Shown here piece by piece: positions 36,500 through 51,299 of a stretch of 64,000 bases of DNA. Below the pieces are notes generated by a model. It was not told the DNA's origin. It did no database searches and saw nothing but the letters and a program-made list of their open reading frames with translations. Source of the stretch: Octopus sinensis. Its lineage: Eukaryota. Each line of letters begins with the position of its first letter. The first letter of the stretch is position 1. The stretch covers positions 55,304,001 through 55,368,000 of the forward strand of contig NC_043005.1 of the NCBI RefSeq assembly GCF_006345805.1, written 5' to 3'. The position numbers and the translations under genes are program-made.

Positions 36500-37202
36500 T
36501 TTCATTCATTCTTTCTCCTTTCTCATTCTTTCTTTTTCATTAAGGTTTTCTTTCCCTCTTTCTTTTATCCATTATTACTGTTTTTTATTCATTCGTTATT
36601 TTTTGCTCACTTTCTTTATTCCCTTCCTTCCTAACTTCCTTCATTCTTTCCTCATTTTTCCTTTATTCTTCCAATTGTTTGTTATTTCATTCTTTTCTTT
36701 TTTTCATCCCTTCTGCCTTACCATCTTTCTTTCTTTTTTCTTTTGTTCTTTCTTTCATTTATTCTTTATTTATTTCATTTGTTCTTTCCTTCTTTCTTCC
36801 TTTTGTTCATTCTTTCTTTCTTTTGTTCTTTCTTTGATTTATTCTTTATTTCTTTCTTTTTTCTTTCTTTCTTTCTTTCTTTCTTTCTTTCATTCATTAT
36901 ATCATTATTCTGTACTTTTTTTTTATCTTTTGTTCTTTCTTTCTGTCTTTCTTTCATTTATTCTTTACTTCTTTCTTTTACTTTTTCTTTCTTTCTTTCT
37001 TTCTTTCTTTCTGTCTTTCATTCATTATTTCATTATTCTGTACTTTTTTCTTTTTTCTTTTGTTCTTTCTTTCTTTCTTTCGTTCTTTCTTTCATTTATT
37101 CTTTAATTCTTTCATTCAGTCTTTCTTTCTTTCTTTTTTCTTTCTTTCTTTTCTTCTTTCTTTCTTTTCTTCTGTCTTTCATTCTTTCTTTAATTCTTAC
37201 TC

Positions 37203-37245
<43 letters not shown>

Positions 37246-37250
37246 CTCCT
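36500..37250. repeat. (TTTC)-rich polypyrimidine low-complexity tract
   Basis: Direct inspection. Confidence 0.9.
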
Positions 37251-38406
37251 TCCCAGAATTAGATCACCAGTTAATAAAGTAAAATATATTAAAATAAAAC
37301 AAAATAAAATGTAAATATATACACTCAAAAACACAAACTACAAAACTACAACAGGCGAAAAGAAAATTCTAAAAAAAAAAAAAGCAAAAATAAATCAAGC
37401 AACAAAACACAATAACAACAACAGCACCAAACACCACCACCACCACCACCACCACCACCACCACAACAACAACAACAACAACAACAACACAAAACTGTAA
37501 ATTGTCAAAAATATTTTATTGATTTAATATGTTGGCAATATTTCAAGCAAATACAGAATACAAGAAAAAGAAATGAAGTGTGCATTTGAATGACATTCAA
37601 TTCAAATGCTTCTGATACCAATTTTAAAAAGAAGTTACTATAAAAGGACATGATTAAATAAGTGTGAGCTTGATTGTGCAGTAAAGAAGTATTTTGCTTT
37701 ATAAAACTTGCGGTCGTGGGTTCAATCCACCAACGTGGAATATCATAGATTTTGGGGGGTTTTTTTGTTTCAGTCATTTAACTGTGGCCATACTGGGGCA
37801 CTGCATTGAAGTGTTTAGCTGAACAAATTGAGACATGTTTTTATATTATTTTACTTATGTTTTTAGTCTGGTGTTTAGTCTTTTGGTCTGTTTTTGCTGA
37901 ATTGGTTGGTTACTGGAATGGTAACAAACCAACACTGGTTATCAAGCAGTGAGCATGCTAGCTTCATTTTCTCCAGTCTTATCATACATACATACATACA
38001 TACATACATACATACATACATGCATGATGGCCATCCACTCGTGACCGAGGAAGACTATTGCTGACCTTCAGTAGCACATACATACATGCATGTATATATA
38101 TACATACATACACTATTTGTAACACATTCCAAAAATCTCCATCTGAGAGTCTTAAATGAAATGATGCCCCGCACTTAGGTGTGTGCATTAACAGTTCAAC
38201 CATTAACACAACAACTCAACCATATATTTACAAGCACTGGGAACTCTCTTAACTCAAAAAGTCTTGTTGCATTGTTAGCAATTGGCTTGGACCCTCTCAA
38301 GAAGAACTTAAATAAAACTGAAAGAAAAATCATGGAAAACAGACATTAAATGATAATGATGATGATGACAATGATGATGATGATGATGCTGACAATAATG
38401 ATATAT

Positions 38407-38737
38407 GCACATGGCTCAGTGGTTAGAGCACCAGGCTCACAATCATGAGATAGTGAGTTTGATTTCCAGACTTGGCTGTTGTGAGTTGGGTGCTTGAGCA
38501 GGACACATTTTTCACATTGCTTCAGTTCACTCAGCTGTAGGAATGAGTTGCGATGTCACTGGTGCCAAGCTGTATCAGCCTTTGCCTTTCCCTTGGATAA
38601 CATTGATGGTGTGGAGAGGGGAGGCTGGTATGCATGGGCAACTACTGGTCTTCCACAAACAATCTTGCCTTGACTTGTGCCATGGAGAGGAACTTTCTAG
38701 GAGCAATCCTGTGGTCATTCATGACCAAAGGGTGTTA
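38407..38737 (+). mobile_element. SINE family S3
   Basis: tggctcagtggttagagc..gagttt/gatttcc..ttgagcagg..ggtcattcatgacc. Confidence 0.8.
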
Positions 38738-38797
38738 TACCTTTACCTACATATATGTGTGTATATTATATATATATTATATATATATATATATATC

Positions 38798-38829
<32 letters not shown>

Positions 38830-39030
38830 CATTATATAAAAGGGCTTAGTAAAATAAATTACTTTGCCGCATACTGAACTCATTAGAAATAGTAGCTAAA
38901 AAAAACTTTTTTAAAACTATTTCTAATACTTAAAAAACCTCTCTCATATAGTGTTTGCTCAATTCAACTCACGAAAGTATGGGGGTAAGGTAAAGACATA
39001 AAAAATCAAATGCAAAGGTTATTTGAGAAC

Positions 39031-39078
<48 letters not shown>

Positions 39079-39686
39079 ATATATATACACACACATACAT
39101 GTGCATATGTGTGTGCACCTTCTTTTTACAGAAAAACAAACAAAAGCTGTCTCACAAAATTCATCCCAGACAATATGGTAAATTTATTTCTATATTTTAT
39201 GCTTTAATGCACTGAAAAATATTTTACCAGTATATGCGCTGCTGAAATTGGGGTGTATCTAGTATACCTGCATGTATTTTACGCCATTAAATATAATACA
39301 TTCCTTACTGGACTAGATAATGGAGTTGATATGATTGAACAAAACCCATGAAGATGGTTCCACTGCATAGCTTTGGTCTATTTAATCTTTTCTGTACTAA
39401 CCTGCTTGAAACCACTTATGGTTCTGCAATTCAAATTTACTGATTTAAATTGCTCTAAATTAAAAACTTGCATCGATATTTCATGTTAATTATGTTCCAA
39501 ACATCAGCTTAATAATGACAAAATTATTTAGTATATTTTTCTTTATTTTCCAAATCAATCAAATCAAAGACATTGGATTTCAACAGAAATATGGTAACTA
39601 AAGGTTTGTGATTGTTTTTAGTTCTATGATACGAAATTCCTGTGTTAAAGTGTTTCAAATTAAAGCTTTCCATTAAAATTTTCAGT

Positions 39687-40098
39687 TGGCTGTGTGATAA
39701 GTAGCTTGCTTACGAACCACATGGTTCTGGGTTCAGTCCCACTGTGTGGCACCTTGGGCAAGTGTCTTCTACTATAGCCTCGGGCTGACCAGAGCCTTGT
39801 GAGTGGATTTGGTAGATGGAAACTGAAAGAAGCCTGTCGTATATATGCATATATATAATATATATATGTGTGTATATGTTTGTGTGTTTGTGTTTGTCTC
39901 CTAACATCACTTGACAACCGATGCTGGTGTGTTTACGTCCCCGTAACTTAGCAATTCGGCAAAAGAGACCGATAGAATAAGTACTAGGCTTACAAAGAAT
40001 AAGTCCTGGGGTCAATTTGCTCGACTAAAGGTGGTGCTCCAGCATGGCCACAGTCACATGACTGAAACAAGTAAAAGAGTAAAAGAGTAAAAAAGGAG
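39687..40098 (+). mobile_element. SINE S1, full length
   Basis: Colinear with 53534-53937 and ends in the (AAAAGAGT)n tail. Confidence 0.88.
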
Positions 40099-40299
40099 TA
40101 ATATATTTTTCTAACACCAACTTAATGATAACAAAGGTGCTATAACTAAATTCTTCATTTTATTTTAAAATCAACTGAAGCAATGGCAGTTTATTTCAAC
40201 AGAAATACAGTAATAAAAGGATGATTTAAATTAAAACCTATCAAAACTTCCAAACACCAACTTAATAATTCTTTTTTTTGCTGTAGGTACATGGTCTAA

Positions 40300-40480
40300 A
40301 ATTTGGAGGAAGGATTTAGTTGATTACATAGACTCCAGCACTCAACTGATTCATATTTTATTGACTCTGAAAGGATGAAAGGCAAAGTCAACTTTGGTGG
40401 AATTTGAACTCAGAACAAAACAACAGATGAAATACTGCTGGGCATTTTTCCCAGTATGCTAACAATTCTGCCGGCTTGCT
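40300..40480 (-). mobile_element. SINE S2, diverged
   Basis: aaggatgaaaggcaaagtcaac..gaatttgaactcagaac. Confidence 0.7.
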
Positions 40481-42496
40481 AACTTTTAAAGCCCCAATTT
40501 AATAATGACAATTATTTTACTAAATTCATCATTAATTTTGAAATTAATTGAAACAAAAACAGTGTACTTTAACAGAAGTACAGTTATGAAAGAAAACAAG
40601 TATAGAAGAATAAAAAGTGAAAAATTGTTTTTTTTTCTCAAAATTGTTTTTTTCTATAAATATTTCTGTCTTTCACATTTTTAACTAAGTTGGCCATACA
40701 ATGTCTACCTTACAATCACCTTATAAGCTTACTTTACACACATTAGGTGTATGTGTTGTCTATTATAGTCTTGGCTTGACCATTGCTTTTGTGTGTGTGT
40801 GTGTGTGTGCGTGTTTGTATGAAAGTAACAAATGGTATACTCTTGATCCGAGAAAGATGGTTCTGCCATTTATTGCAGAACAACCTGCACAGATGGTTTG
40901 TTTATAGAGATCAAATGTTTTTGTTCATTAGTTCTCTCTCTCTCGTTCCCTCTCTCTCTTTATCTCCCTCTCCCTCCCCCATCAAATCTACATTTCCTGT
41001 ACAGTTGCACTAGTTGTTGATGTGATTTCAGAGCAATGTACAATGAAGTGTTGTGTTTAGGAACACAATGCACTGCCCAGTCAAGGAATTGAACACACGA
41101 TCTTGTGACTGTGAGTAAAACACCCTGACCACTAGGTAACATGCCCTCAACACCTTTATGCATACCACTGCAAGTTAGTGCAAGTATGTATGTGTCTATG
41201 CATTTATGTTTATATTGGTGCAAATTTGTGCAAATTCACTGCGACATTTAATTCCATAGCAAAGCAATAACTTTTGAAAGAGACATAACTCTGGTGAACT
41301 TAGACAATAAATGTAAAGTAATGATAAAATAAAATGACTACTAAACAAAATATCGGGGTTAATAAGAGTGACCAAATATCTTTGAAAGCAATGCCCCAAT
41401 ATGGTAATAATCTATTAACTAAAGCTATTTAACAACAAAAAGAATAAAATGGTAAAAGCATTTCTCATTTCGCCATTTTTGTTTTGCAGCCATAAATATT
41501 TCCAAATTTCACATTTATAATTATATTGGTTGTTTAGTTTAGTATAATTTAGTTAGTTAATTAGTTTAGTTAATTACTTCCATTACTCCTTCATTGTATT
41601 TTATACATTTTTATCTTTGTTTTCACTTCTTTACCAATCATTTTCTCTCTTGCTCATTCTTCTCTTCTTCTCCAATTTGTTTCATTTATATCATAACCAT
41701 TATCATCATCTACATCATCAGCATTTTTGTCACCATGGCAACCACCATCAAAACCATCAGCACCAGCATCAACACTACTACCACAACCACCACCGCAACC
41801 ACCATCACTGCTATCGTCATACTATGTTATTAATAATAATATTACTACTGTTATTATCAACGAGAAAAATGTATAAATACGTCAACAATAGGGCAAAGGA
41901 AGAATACCTTGGGGAGCATCCTGTATTTTAATCATGCACACACATGCATACATGCATGCACAAACACATACACACATTTACAAACAGTAGAGTCTCACAT
42001 ATGAAATAAAATCAGCTGAAAAACATTCAATTAACTGAAATGAATTATCCTTGTGATTAGAAGACAAAATCTCCCTTATAGTGTTTAGTATCTAAAAACA
42101 GTAATGAAGAGTGATATCTCTGGTTATTCTAGTTTAGATTTTAAATGCCTCCTAAAAGGAGTTTTTGTCTGCTGATTGCAGAGATAATATCAAATGAAGT
42201 TTGTCAATTCACTATATTACATTTATGAAACTCTACTATATGTACTGGTGTCAGGGAAATCACAAATTACTGGTAGCATTTAGTATAGCACAACCTGTTG
42301 TATAGTCAGGTTCCAGCAATTAAACTGGCTCTAAATCAGGCTTAAGAGGGTTGCTAATAAACCCAAGAGGACAAAGACAACATCTGTGAAGATGAAACAA
42401 ACATAAGGTCAATGACTATTCAGCTAAAGTCCAGGGACTCAGATATTTTTGTTGAGTGTACAGTGTGTTGTAAGGTCACCTGAAGTGAAGTAGCCT

Positions 42497-42694
42497 TAGT
42501 GGTTCCCAAACTATGAGTCACGACCCATCTGTGGGTCGTGAATGGAATCTTAGTGGGTCGCAAAAAGTTATAAAATTACGCATTAGCTTTGATTAATTGC
42601 TGCCTATCCAGATAGTTCAGTAGAGTTAAGTGGGTCATTATAAACTGGTGTGATAAATAGTGGGTCGCAACTCTAAAAAGTTTGGGAACCACTG
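42497..42694. mobile_element. hAT (Charlie-like) MITE
   Basis: TIR (C/T)AGTGGTTCCCAAACT. Right flank CTCTAGAA fits the NTCTAGAN target. The left flank does not match, so no TSD is confirmed. Confidence 0.65.
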
Positions 42695-42994
42695 CTCTAG
42701 AATAAGGCTCCATTGTATCCACAGCTACACTGGTAGCACAACTGCCTTGAAGGCAGTCAGACTAGGAAGTATGACAACTCCAAGCATAAACCCCTTCACT
42801 GCTAGTGAATGCTTGCACAGAGACAAAAGCTGAGGGATAAAACCCTAACAGTTGATTGTGTTGGAAGAGAACTTGAGGTGGCCCACCAACTTTATTTTTC
42901 ATCCCAAAGAGAGCATGAGCACAATATAAGGTGGTTGGAGCCTGGGCCCTTAGCTTTCATCTATGAAGTTGGAAATATCCAATCATTCACAATA

Positions 42995-43190
42995 TCTTCT
43001 TCATCATCATTAAATATCTGGCTTCCAAGCTGGCATGGATTGGGTGATTTAACCAGATCTCATGTTAGAGGACTGCACCAGCCCAAGACCAGTGTCTATT
43101 ATGGCATAGTTTCTACTGCTAGATACCCTTCCTAACACTGACCAATTTGCTGAGTCTACTGGGTTCTTTTGTATGTCACTACCACTGGTG
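42995..43190 (-). mobile_element. Family S4, diverged
   Basis: catcattaaatatctggcttccaagctggcatgg..cccttcctaacact. Confidence 0.6.
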
Positions 43191-43340
43191 ATAATCGTCT
43201 TGTAAGGTTAAGGTCCTTAAAGTAGCTTTGATATATTTTCTCCCAGTTATATTGCTGATATTCATATCCAGTGTCACTAATTTCTCACTATTTCTATAGA
43301 GAGTATGTCACTTTTAAGCCTAGCCAACTCAAGTGAATAT

Positions 43341-43385
43341 GCTGTACTGATGAAGTCCAACATGATCGAAACATAATGTCCATTA
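43341..43385 (+). ncRNA. Hammerhead-like motif, intact core but weak stems
   Basis: CUGAUGA 43347-43353, AGUC(CAACAU)GAUC, GAAA-C-AUAAU-GUC. Stem I poorly paired. Confidence 0.4.
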
Positions 43386-44059
43386 TTTTCCCCCACATGT
43401 TGATTCTAAAGAAATCGTTTATTACATTGTCTTTTATTTCTCAAATGTTGAGATTAGCTGATATTTGTTGAGTTATCTCTCTTGTTTGGGGATTTCAGAT
43501 TTTTATTCTTTCTTTTGAGAGAGATTTTGACTTTTAATTGCAATAATGTCAGTTACTCAAAATTTCTTCTTTCAACTCACTACATTATGTATTTGAGACT
43601 TTTCACTTTGTTTGTGTATGTGTGTGTGTGCATGTGTTTGTGTGTGTACATACATATACATACACATATATTATATGTATGTATGTGTATGTGTATTATA
43701 TATATGTATATATACATACACACACACATATAATATAATATTCATACATATATATATATATCATATACATACATACAATATACATATATATGTATTGAAT
43801 ACATACATATGATATACATACACACACATATATATAATATACATACATATAATATACATACATATGTAATATACTTACATATGTATGTATACATATGTAT
43901 ATATGAACACATGTATATTTGTACGTATGTGTATGCACATGCATGCATGTGTGTGTGTCTATCTGTCTGTGTGTAATGATTTCTAAATCAAAATGTCAAT
44001 ATATATATACACATATATAAGTAATTTCTGCTCCAACTTGAGAGTATATTTGGCTAGCT

Positions 44060-44417
<358 letters not shown>

Positions 44418-45152
44418 AATAGCACTCACACCACACACAAATACATTGCGATCCGTCCATTGTGCATCTAGCAGTGGTTTTCTGTGAGATACTCAGGCCA
44501 GACAATGAAGCGAAACAGCAAGCTACAGAAGACACTGCTTTTAATGTCATTGCCAACCTCGGACTGTGAATGTTTATAGTTTCACTTGCTATTCAACATC
44601 ATAAAAGATTCTTTATTTCTCTTGGTCCTCTACATTCAGCAACCAGCATCTGTTTATTTGCTCATTCAATTGCATTGTGGGAAGCATAAAGGTCAACCTA
44701 TCATGGCCTTTAATAATGATATTAAAACTATTTGCAACAAGAAGTTTGACATTTGCTAAATTAAAACATGATTTAGTCTTTTATATTTTCATCTTTACGT
44801 TAGGATATTTTTGTTGTTGATGTTGTGGTTGTTGTACTGGCCACTGCTGCAGCTGCTGCTGCTGATGACAGCCATGTTCATGTTGTTGTTGTTGTTGCTG
44901 TATGTTGTATTTTTTTCTTTATTATTATTTCTTGTATTCTTAAGTTGGACGAAAATTTAATCCAGATTTCTAAATTAACAAATCAATATATATATATATA
45001 TATATATACCAATGTACACACATACACACATATATACATATATATATATATATATATACCAATGTACACACACACACACACACACACATATATACATATA
45101 TATATTATATATATATACATATATCAGTTATTTCTGTCCTAATATGAGAGTA

Positions 45153-45201
<49 letters not shown>

Positions 45202-45235
45202 CTATCTATCTATCTATCTATCAATCATCTATCTA

Positions 45236-45296
<61 letters not shown>

Positions 45297-45682
45297 ACCT
45301 ACCTATCTAACTATCTGTCTGCCTATCGGTATGTATGTCTGTCTATTCATCTGTCTGTTTTTGTTTTTTTTTATTTTTCTAAGTCTTCTTTTCTGCTTAT
45401 GTCTGTCTGTCTACTGTCTGTTAGTATCTTTATTTATGTCTATATGCTAGTCACTCTCACCCATCTCTTTCTAATTAGATATCACTATATGACATATACA
45501 CATTAAATATTTATAGCTGTGTGAGTATGTATTTGCATGTACATTCTTTTCATATCTGTATGCGTATGTATATTATATCTATCTATTTATGTATTTCTCT
45601 ATCAATCTCTATAAATATGCATGTATGCACGTATATGTAAATATGTTTATTGTATGTAGATGTGTGTGTGTGTGTATGTATG

Positions 45683-45724
<42 letters not shown>

Positions 45725-45991
45725 ATATATATATGTATATGTATGTATTTCTTAGTGTGTATGCAAGCATCATATGTAGAATACATTTACAAGTATAACT
45801 TTAGCTTAGACAGAAAAAGAGGTAACAGACAGTGATTAGTGCCAGAGTCACTCAGATACATGGTTCAACTTCTACCGTTTCCACTTTTTCTATCTATGTG
45901 GTTTAACTTGTATGTGTAAATGTCTTATATTTAATCTATATTTTAAAACCTTGCCTTAACCAGATCGGTTATTGCTAATACTATATGTGTC

Positions 45992-46055
<64 letters not shown>

Positions 46056-46061
46056 CGTATG

Positions 46062-46095
<34 letters not shown>

Positions 46096-46129
46096 TGTAT
46101 GTATGTATGCATACATGTATGTATGTATA

Positions 46130-46179
<50 letters not shown>

Positions 46180-46208
46180 CATATATATAATATATATATA
46201 TATATATA

Positions 46209-46368
46209 GGTGCAGGCATGGCTGCGTGATAAGACACTCACTTCCCAACTACATGGTTCTGGTTCAGTTCCACTGCATGCCACCACGGGCATGTATCTTC
46301 TACTATAGCCTCAGGCCAGCCAAACCCTTGTGAGTGGATGTGGTAAATGGAAGCTGAAAGAAGCCCAT

Positions 46369-46417
<49 letters not shown>

Positions 46418-46665
46418 ATATGTGTGTGTTGTGTGGTGTTTTGTGTATCTTTGTGTGTATATCCTTCAGTACCACTTGAGAACCGGTGTTGGTGTCTTTA
46501 TGTCCCATAGCTTGGCAGTTTGGTAAAAGAGATCAATAGAATAAGTACCAGGCTTAACGAAAATTATAAGTACTGGGGTTGAATCATTTGACTAAAAGTT
46601 CTTCAGGGTGATGCTGCAGCATGGTAGCACTCTATTCACTGAAAGAAGTAAAAGATAAAAGGTAA
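46209..46665 (+). mobile_element. SINE S1, full length, diverged
   Basis: Colinear with 53534-53937. Confidence 0.8.
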
Positions 46666-46744
46666 AAATCTAGAAGATATGTATGTGTATGTATGTATAT
46701 AAATATATAATAAAAGAAGGAAAATGCACACAGCTTACTTAGTT

Positions 46745-47050
46745 TAAATATATTTTTAATGAAAGAGTATTGTGGTTGTCAACTAGTTTTGCTTTCACTA
46801 ATCATGACATTGAAATTATCATGATTTCGTATTTTCTGAAGGAGATTTGAGTCCATGTCCTTGCGTAAAAGTTTCTGAATGAATCAGTGCTAGTGTGTGT
46901 GTGTGTGTGTGTGTGTAATGATTTCTAAATTAAAATGTCCTGATTAGTGAAATGTCATGATTAGCAAAATCATAGTAACTTCATTGTCATGATTAATGAA
47001 AATGAAACTGGTTGACAGCCACAATACTCATTCATTTAAAATATTTTAAA
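46745..47050. mobile_element. MITE-like element with ~70-bp TIRs, unclassified
   Basis: aatgaaagagtattgtggttgtcaac..ctaatcatgaca mirrored by tgtcatgattaatg..gttgacagccacaatactcattcattt. Related fragment at ~50620-50740. Confidence 0.65.
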
Positions 47051-47150
47051 ACTATGTAAACTGTGTGTACTTCTTCTTTTATTATTTAAACATATATATA
47101 TATATATATAAATAAATGAAATATAAATGTATGCATATATACATATATAT

Positions 47151-47188
<38 letters not shown>

Positions 47189-47205
47189 ATATATATATAA
47201 ACATA

Positions 47206-47249
<44 letters not shown>

Positions 47250-47299
47250 CATATATATATATATATATATCTATATATATATATATGTATATAAATAAA

Positions 47300-47560
47300 A
47301 TACAAAATGGGACAACAAAACATCCAGATAGACGATGCAAAGAAAACAAGGACAGGTCATTCGAAGTTTTCTTTCCTCAGTCAAGTACCAGATTATCTTC
47401 GCAATTTCGGCTGATTATACTTGAGATTGCTCCAATCTGGCCAGCCCCAGGAAAAACTAAGCTAAGAGCATTAGATTCCTTGGAAGAAAGCAGTGAATGT
47501 ATACAAAAACAAGGACGGAAAAAAAACGGACAATGTTACACAAATATAATAAAAATAAAA
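47300..47560 (-). mobile_element. Decayed Penelope-like terminal unit between (TA)n tracts
   Basis: GGCUG..CAGCC stem followed by GAAA. The core is reduced to CCUGG. Confidence 0.35.
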
Positions 47561-47690
47561 ATAGTAATAATATATATATATATAAACCTTATTTTAACTA
47601 TGCCTGCTATTGTTGATTATAAATAGATATATACATACATACTTAATACTTACATATATGCTATAGATAATATGATAAATATATTGATAT

Positions 47691-47729
<39 letters not shown>

Positions 47730-47733
47730 GATA

Positions 47734-47810
<77 letters not shown>

Positions 47811-48457
47811 ATATGACTATGTAGCTCACACACACACACGTATACATATGTACCTGTGTGTCTAAACATGCATCATGCATGTGTATGTATTTATACACAT
47901 TTAACTAAAGATCAGAGAAATAATCTATTAACCACTTAAATGTTGAGCCATTCTGCTGATTGCTTAATACAGGAAAGAAGCACATTGCTTTTCTAATGTT
48001 AAGAGAAGCAGAATGGGAAAGATTAGCTGTGATCTTAACCATCAAATTAACAAACATCTTCAGAGATGTGGAATTAAGTTAAGGCAAGTATTCATGTGTT
48101 AATAGACATTCAAGCTGACAATCTCAATGCAAGTGAGGCTTGCATTACATTTCATAGGTTAAGTAGAAGGGGGAATGTATAAGTGATAAAGTGGCTTCCG
48201 TGTGGAATCTTCTGCTGGGATTCGTTTGTATTGGATATTCTGTTTTCTGGATTCAGTCATTTGACTGTAGCCATGCTGGGCTCCTACCTTGAAATGGTGA
48301 TTTTAGCGATTATATTGATGAAGGTATATATATTTCAGTCTGGTATTTACTAAGTTTATTGATCATGGTTTGTTTATCTATTGAATTTATGGGGGTTTTT
48401 TTGACATAAAAGAACACTATTTTCCACACTGGTTTACATTGGTATTCATAAATACAG

Positions 48458-48498
<41 letters not shown>

Positions 48499-49257
48499 CG
48501 TCATCATTGCCATCATCATCATCATCAACATTAACATCACCATTGACTTCATCATCATTGTTTTGATGTTCACTTTTCTATGTCAGTGTGGGTTAGATGG
48601 GGTTTGCTGAGGCACATTTTCTACCACTGGATGCCCTTCTTGTCACCAAAAGAAATATATACACCTTAAAGGTGATAGTTACTGTTACATATAACTGGCA
48701 AAATGGCTGCTACTGTAACTATAACACAACCATCTATGCAAACCTCACATACATACATACATACAAACACACATACACACACACACATACACACATATAC
48801 AGTATCCCACAGAAGTATATACACCCCTAAAATATTTCAGTGAAAAAATTGCTATTACTCTGATAATATCAAAGGAAACCAAATGAAATTTATATTGAAT
48901 AAAATATATTATACATGCAAACATTATACAAATTTTGAACATAAAAAATAAATATTTTGAAATATATGAAAGAAATATTAATTTTCAAACGTTACAAAAA
49001 TATGTACACCCTAAAGGATTATTTTCTATGTGTTTGTTCCCCCACCACCACCACTTGACAACTGGTGTTGATATGTTTATATCCACATAACTTGGTGGTT
49101 CAGCAAAAGAGACCGATAGAATAAGTATTAGGCTTAAAAAAAAGTTCTGGGGTCAATTTGTTCGATTAAAACCCTTCAAAGCAGTGCTTCAGTATGCTTG
49201 CAGTCAAATGACTGAAACAAGTTAAAAGATAAAAGAATATGTATTTGTGTGTGTATG

Positions 49258-49288
<31 letters not shown>

Positions 49289-49300
49289 TATATATATATA

Positions 49301-49449
49301 GGCACAGGAGTGGTAGCTTGCTTACGAACCACATGGTTCCGGGTTCAGTCAGTCCCACTACATGGCCCTTGGGCAAGTGTCTTCTACTATAGCCTTGCAG
49401 TGACCAAAGTTTTGTGAGTGGATTTGGTAGATAGAAACTGAAAGAAGCC

Positions 49450-49491
<42 letters not shown>

Positions 49492-49738
49492 TTATATATA
49501 TATATATATATGTATGTATATGTTTGTGTGTCTGTGTTTGTTCTCCTAACATCACTTGACAACCGATGCTGGTGTGTTTACATCCCCGTCACTTAGTGGT
49601 TCAGCAAGAGGGACTGATAGAATAAATACTAGGCTTACAAAGAATAAGTCCTGGTGTCGATTTTCTCAACTAAAGGTGGTGCTCCAGCATGGCCAGTCAA
49701 ATGACTGAAACAAATAAGAGAATAAAAGAGTAAAAGAA
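49301..49738 (+). mobile_element. SINE S1, full length (3' half of another copy at 49030-49235)
   Basis: ggcacaggagtgg..gactgaaacaaataagag. Confidence 0.88.
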
Positions 49739-51299
49739 TAGATATATATATACATGTATATATGTATATGTGTATATATGTGTTTGTGTGTATGTGTGTA
49801 TGTATATATAAATTGATATATGTATGTGTATATATAAGTATAATGCTAATTTCAAATTTTGGCACAAGGCCAGCATATTAAACTGGTACATAGGTACTTA
49901 TTTATTGAAAGCAAAGTCATCCGGAGTAGAATATGATCCCATTAAGTCATTAGCAGTTCAAAATACATTTTTACTCAATCACATCCATTAACTCTTTGTT
50001 TAATATTTCCTCAGGTATTTCTTGTAATTATGTAACAGAATACTCCTCTATGCCTAATCAACAGAGTTCTTGTTAAATATCAATATATCCATATCCTTCA
50101 AAGTTCAACCCTAGCTGTTATGTCAGAACTCAACTTTCTTAAATAGCAGATAACCTTATTCTTGTTTTATGAATTCTAATTACTGTTGCTTTGTAAATTT
50201 TAATTTAATTCTAATTGAAATTTGTTGTAGTTTTGTGCATGTGCATTATCTGTGCACATAATTATTTAAATAAGACAAGGCACTAGTCTGTGTTAATTGT
50301 TTTGCATAATATGCATGAAAAACGTTTTTCAATAAATGAGTAATTAGAATTAGCAAATTATGGAAATCATTAGATATTTTTCTTCTTCTTCTCTTAGTGT
50401 CATAAATTTAATACATTTCACTTATTTACTTCTCAGATGTATCATTAGAGAATGTAATTAGGCTCATATTTAAATGTTTAACAGACTTTGTAGCTGTTGG
50501 TTTATAAACTATCACACACTACTACTACTACTACTACTACTACACTACTACTACACTATATATATATATATAATAAAAGGAGAAAAATGCACACACTTTA
50601 CATTGTTTTAATATATTTTATATTGTGTTTGTCAACCGGTTTCACTTTCACTAATAATGACATTGAAATTATTGTAATTTTGTATTTTCTTAAGAAGATT
50701 TTAATCCATCTTGTGTGTGAAGTTTAAGAATGAATGATTCAACAAGTAGAAAAATCTAAGGGTAGGTAATTGGTGATCATTATTATTGGGGACAGAGGAG
50801 GCAATTGTTCATCTTTCAGGGAGGGGTTAAATAAACATACACAAAAACTCAAAAGCTAAAGTAGTGAGATGAAATATGTACAGTGATCATGAATCAAAAT
50901 ATATACTGAGATCAAAGTTGGTTATGTGTTCTTATTTAGACACGTTCTGTATTTTTCGATGAACAAATTTTCTTTCATAGGTTAAATAAAATGAGACAAC
51001 AAAGCCAAGGCAGTGTGAAATTTCTAGGACATTTCATAAAGAGAAGGGTAGTCTTAGAGCTGTTTCAAGGATATAAATGATATTCCATCATTAGAGACGA
51101 TGTGAGAGAGTTGAATTGAAGGAAATAGTAGAGTTCAGTATAAGAAGTTATTTTGGAAAGGGAGAGGTATAGGAAGTATAAAAGTAAATATAAGAATAAA
51201 AATAAAGATATATGTTGGATGATAAAGTTGCAGCTTCATTATCCAACGATTTGGAAAGAGATGGATGAGTCTAATGGTGATTATGAAGGTACGGCAGCT

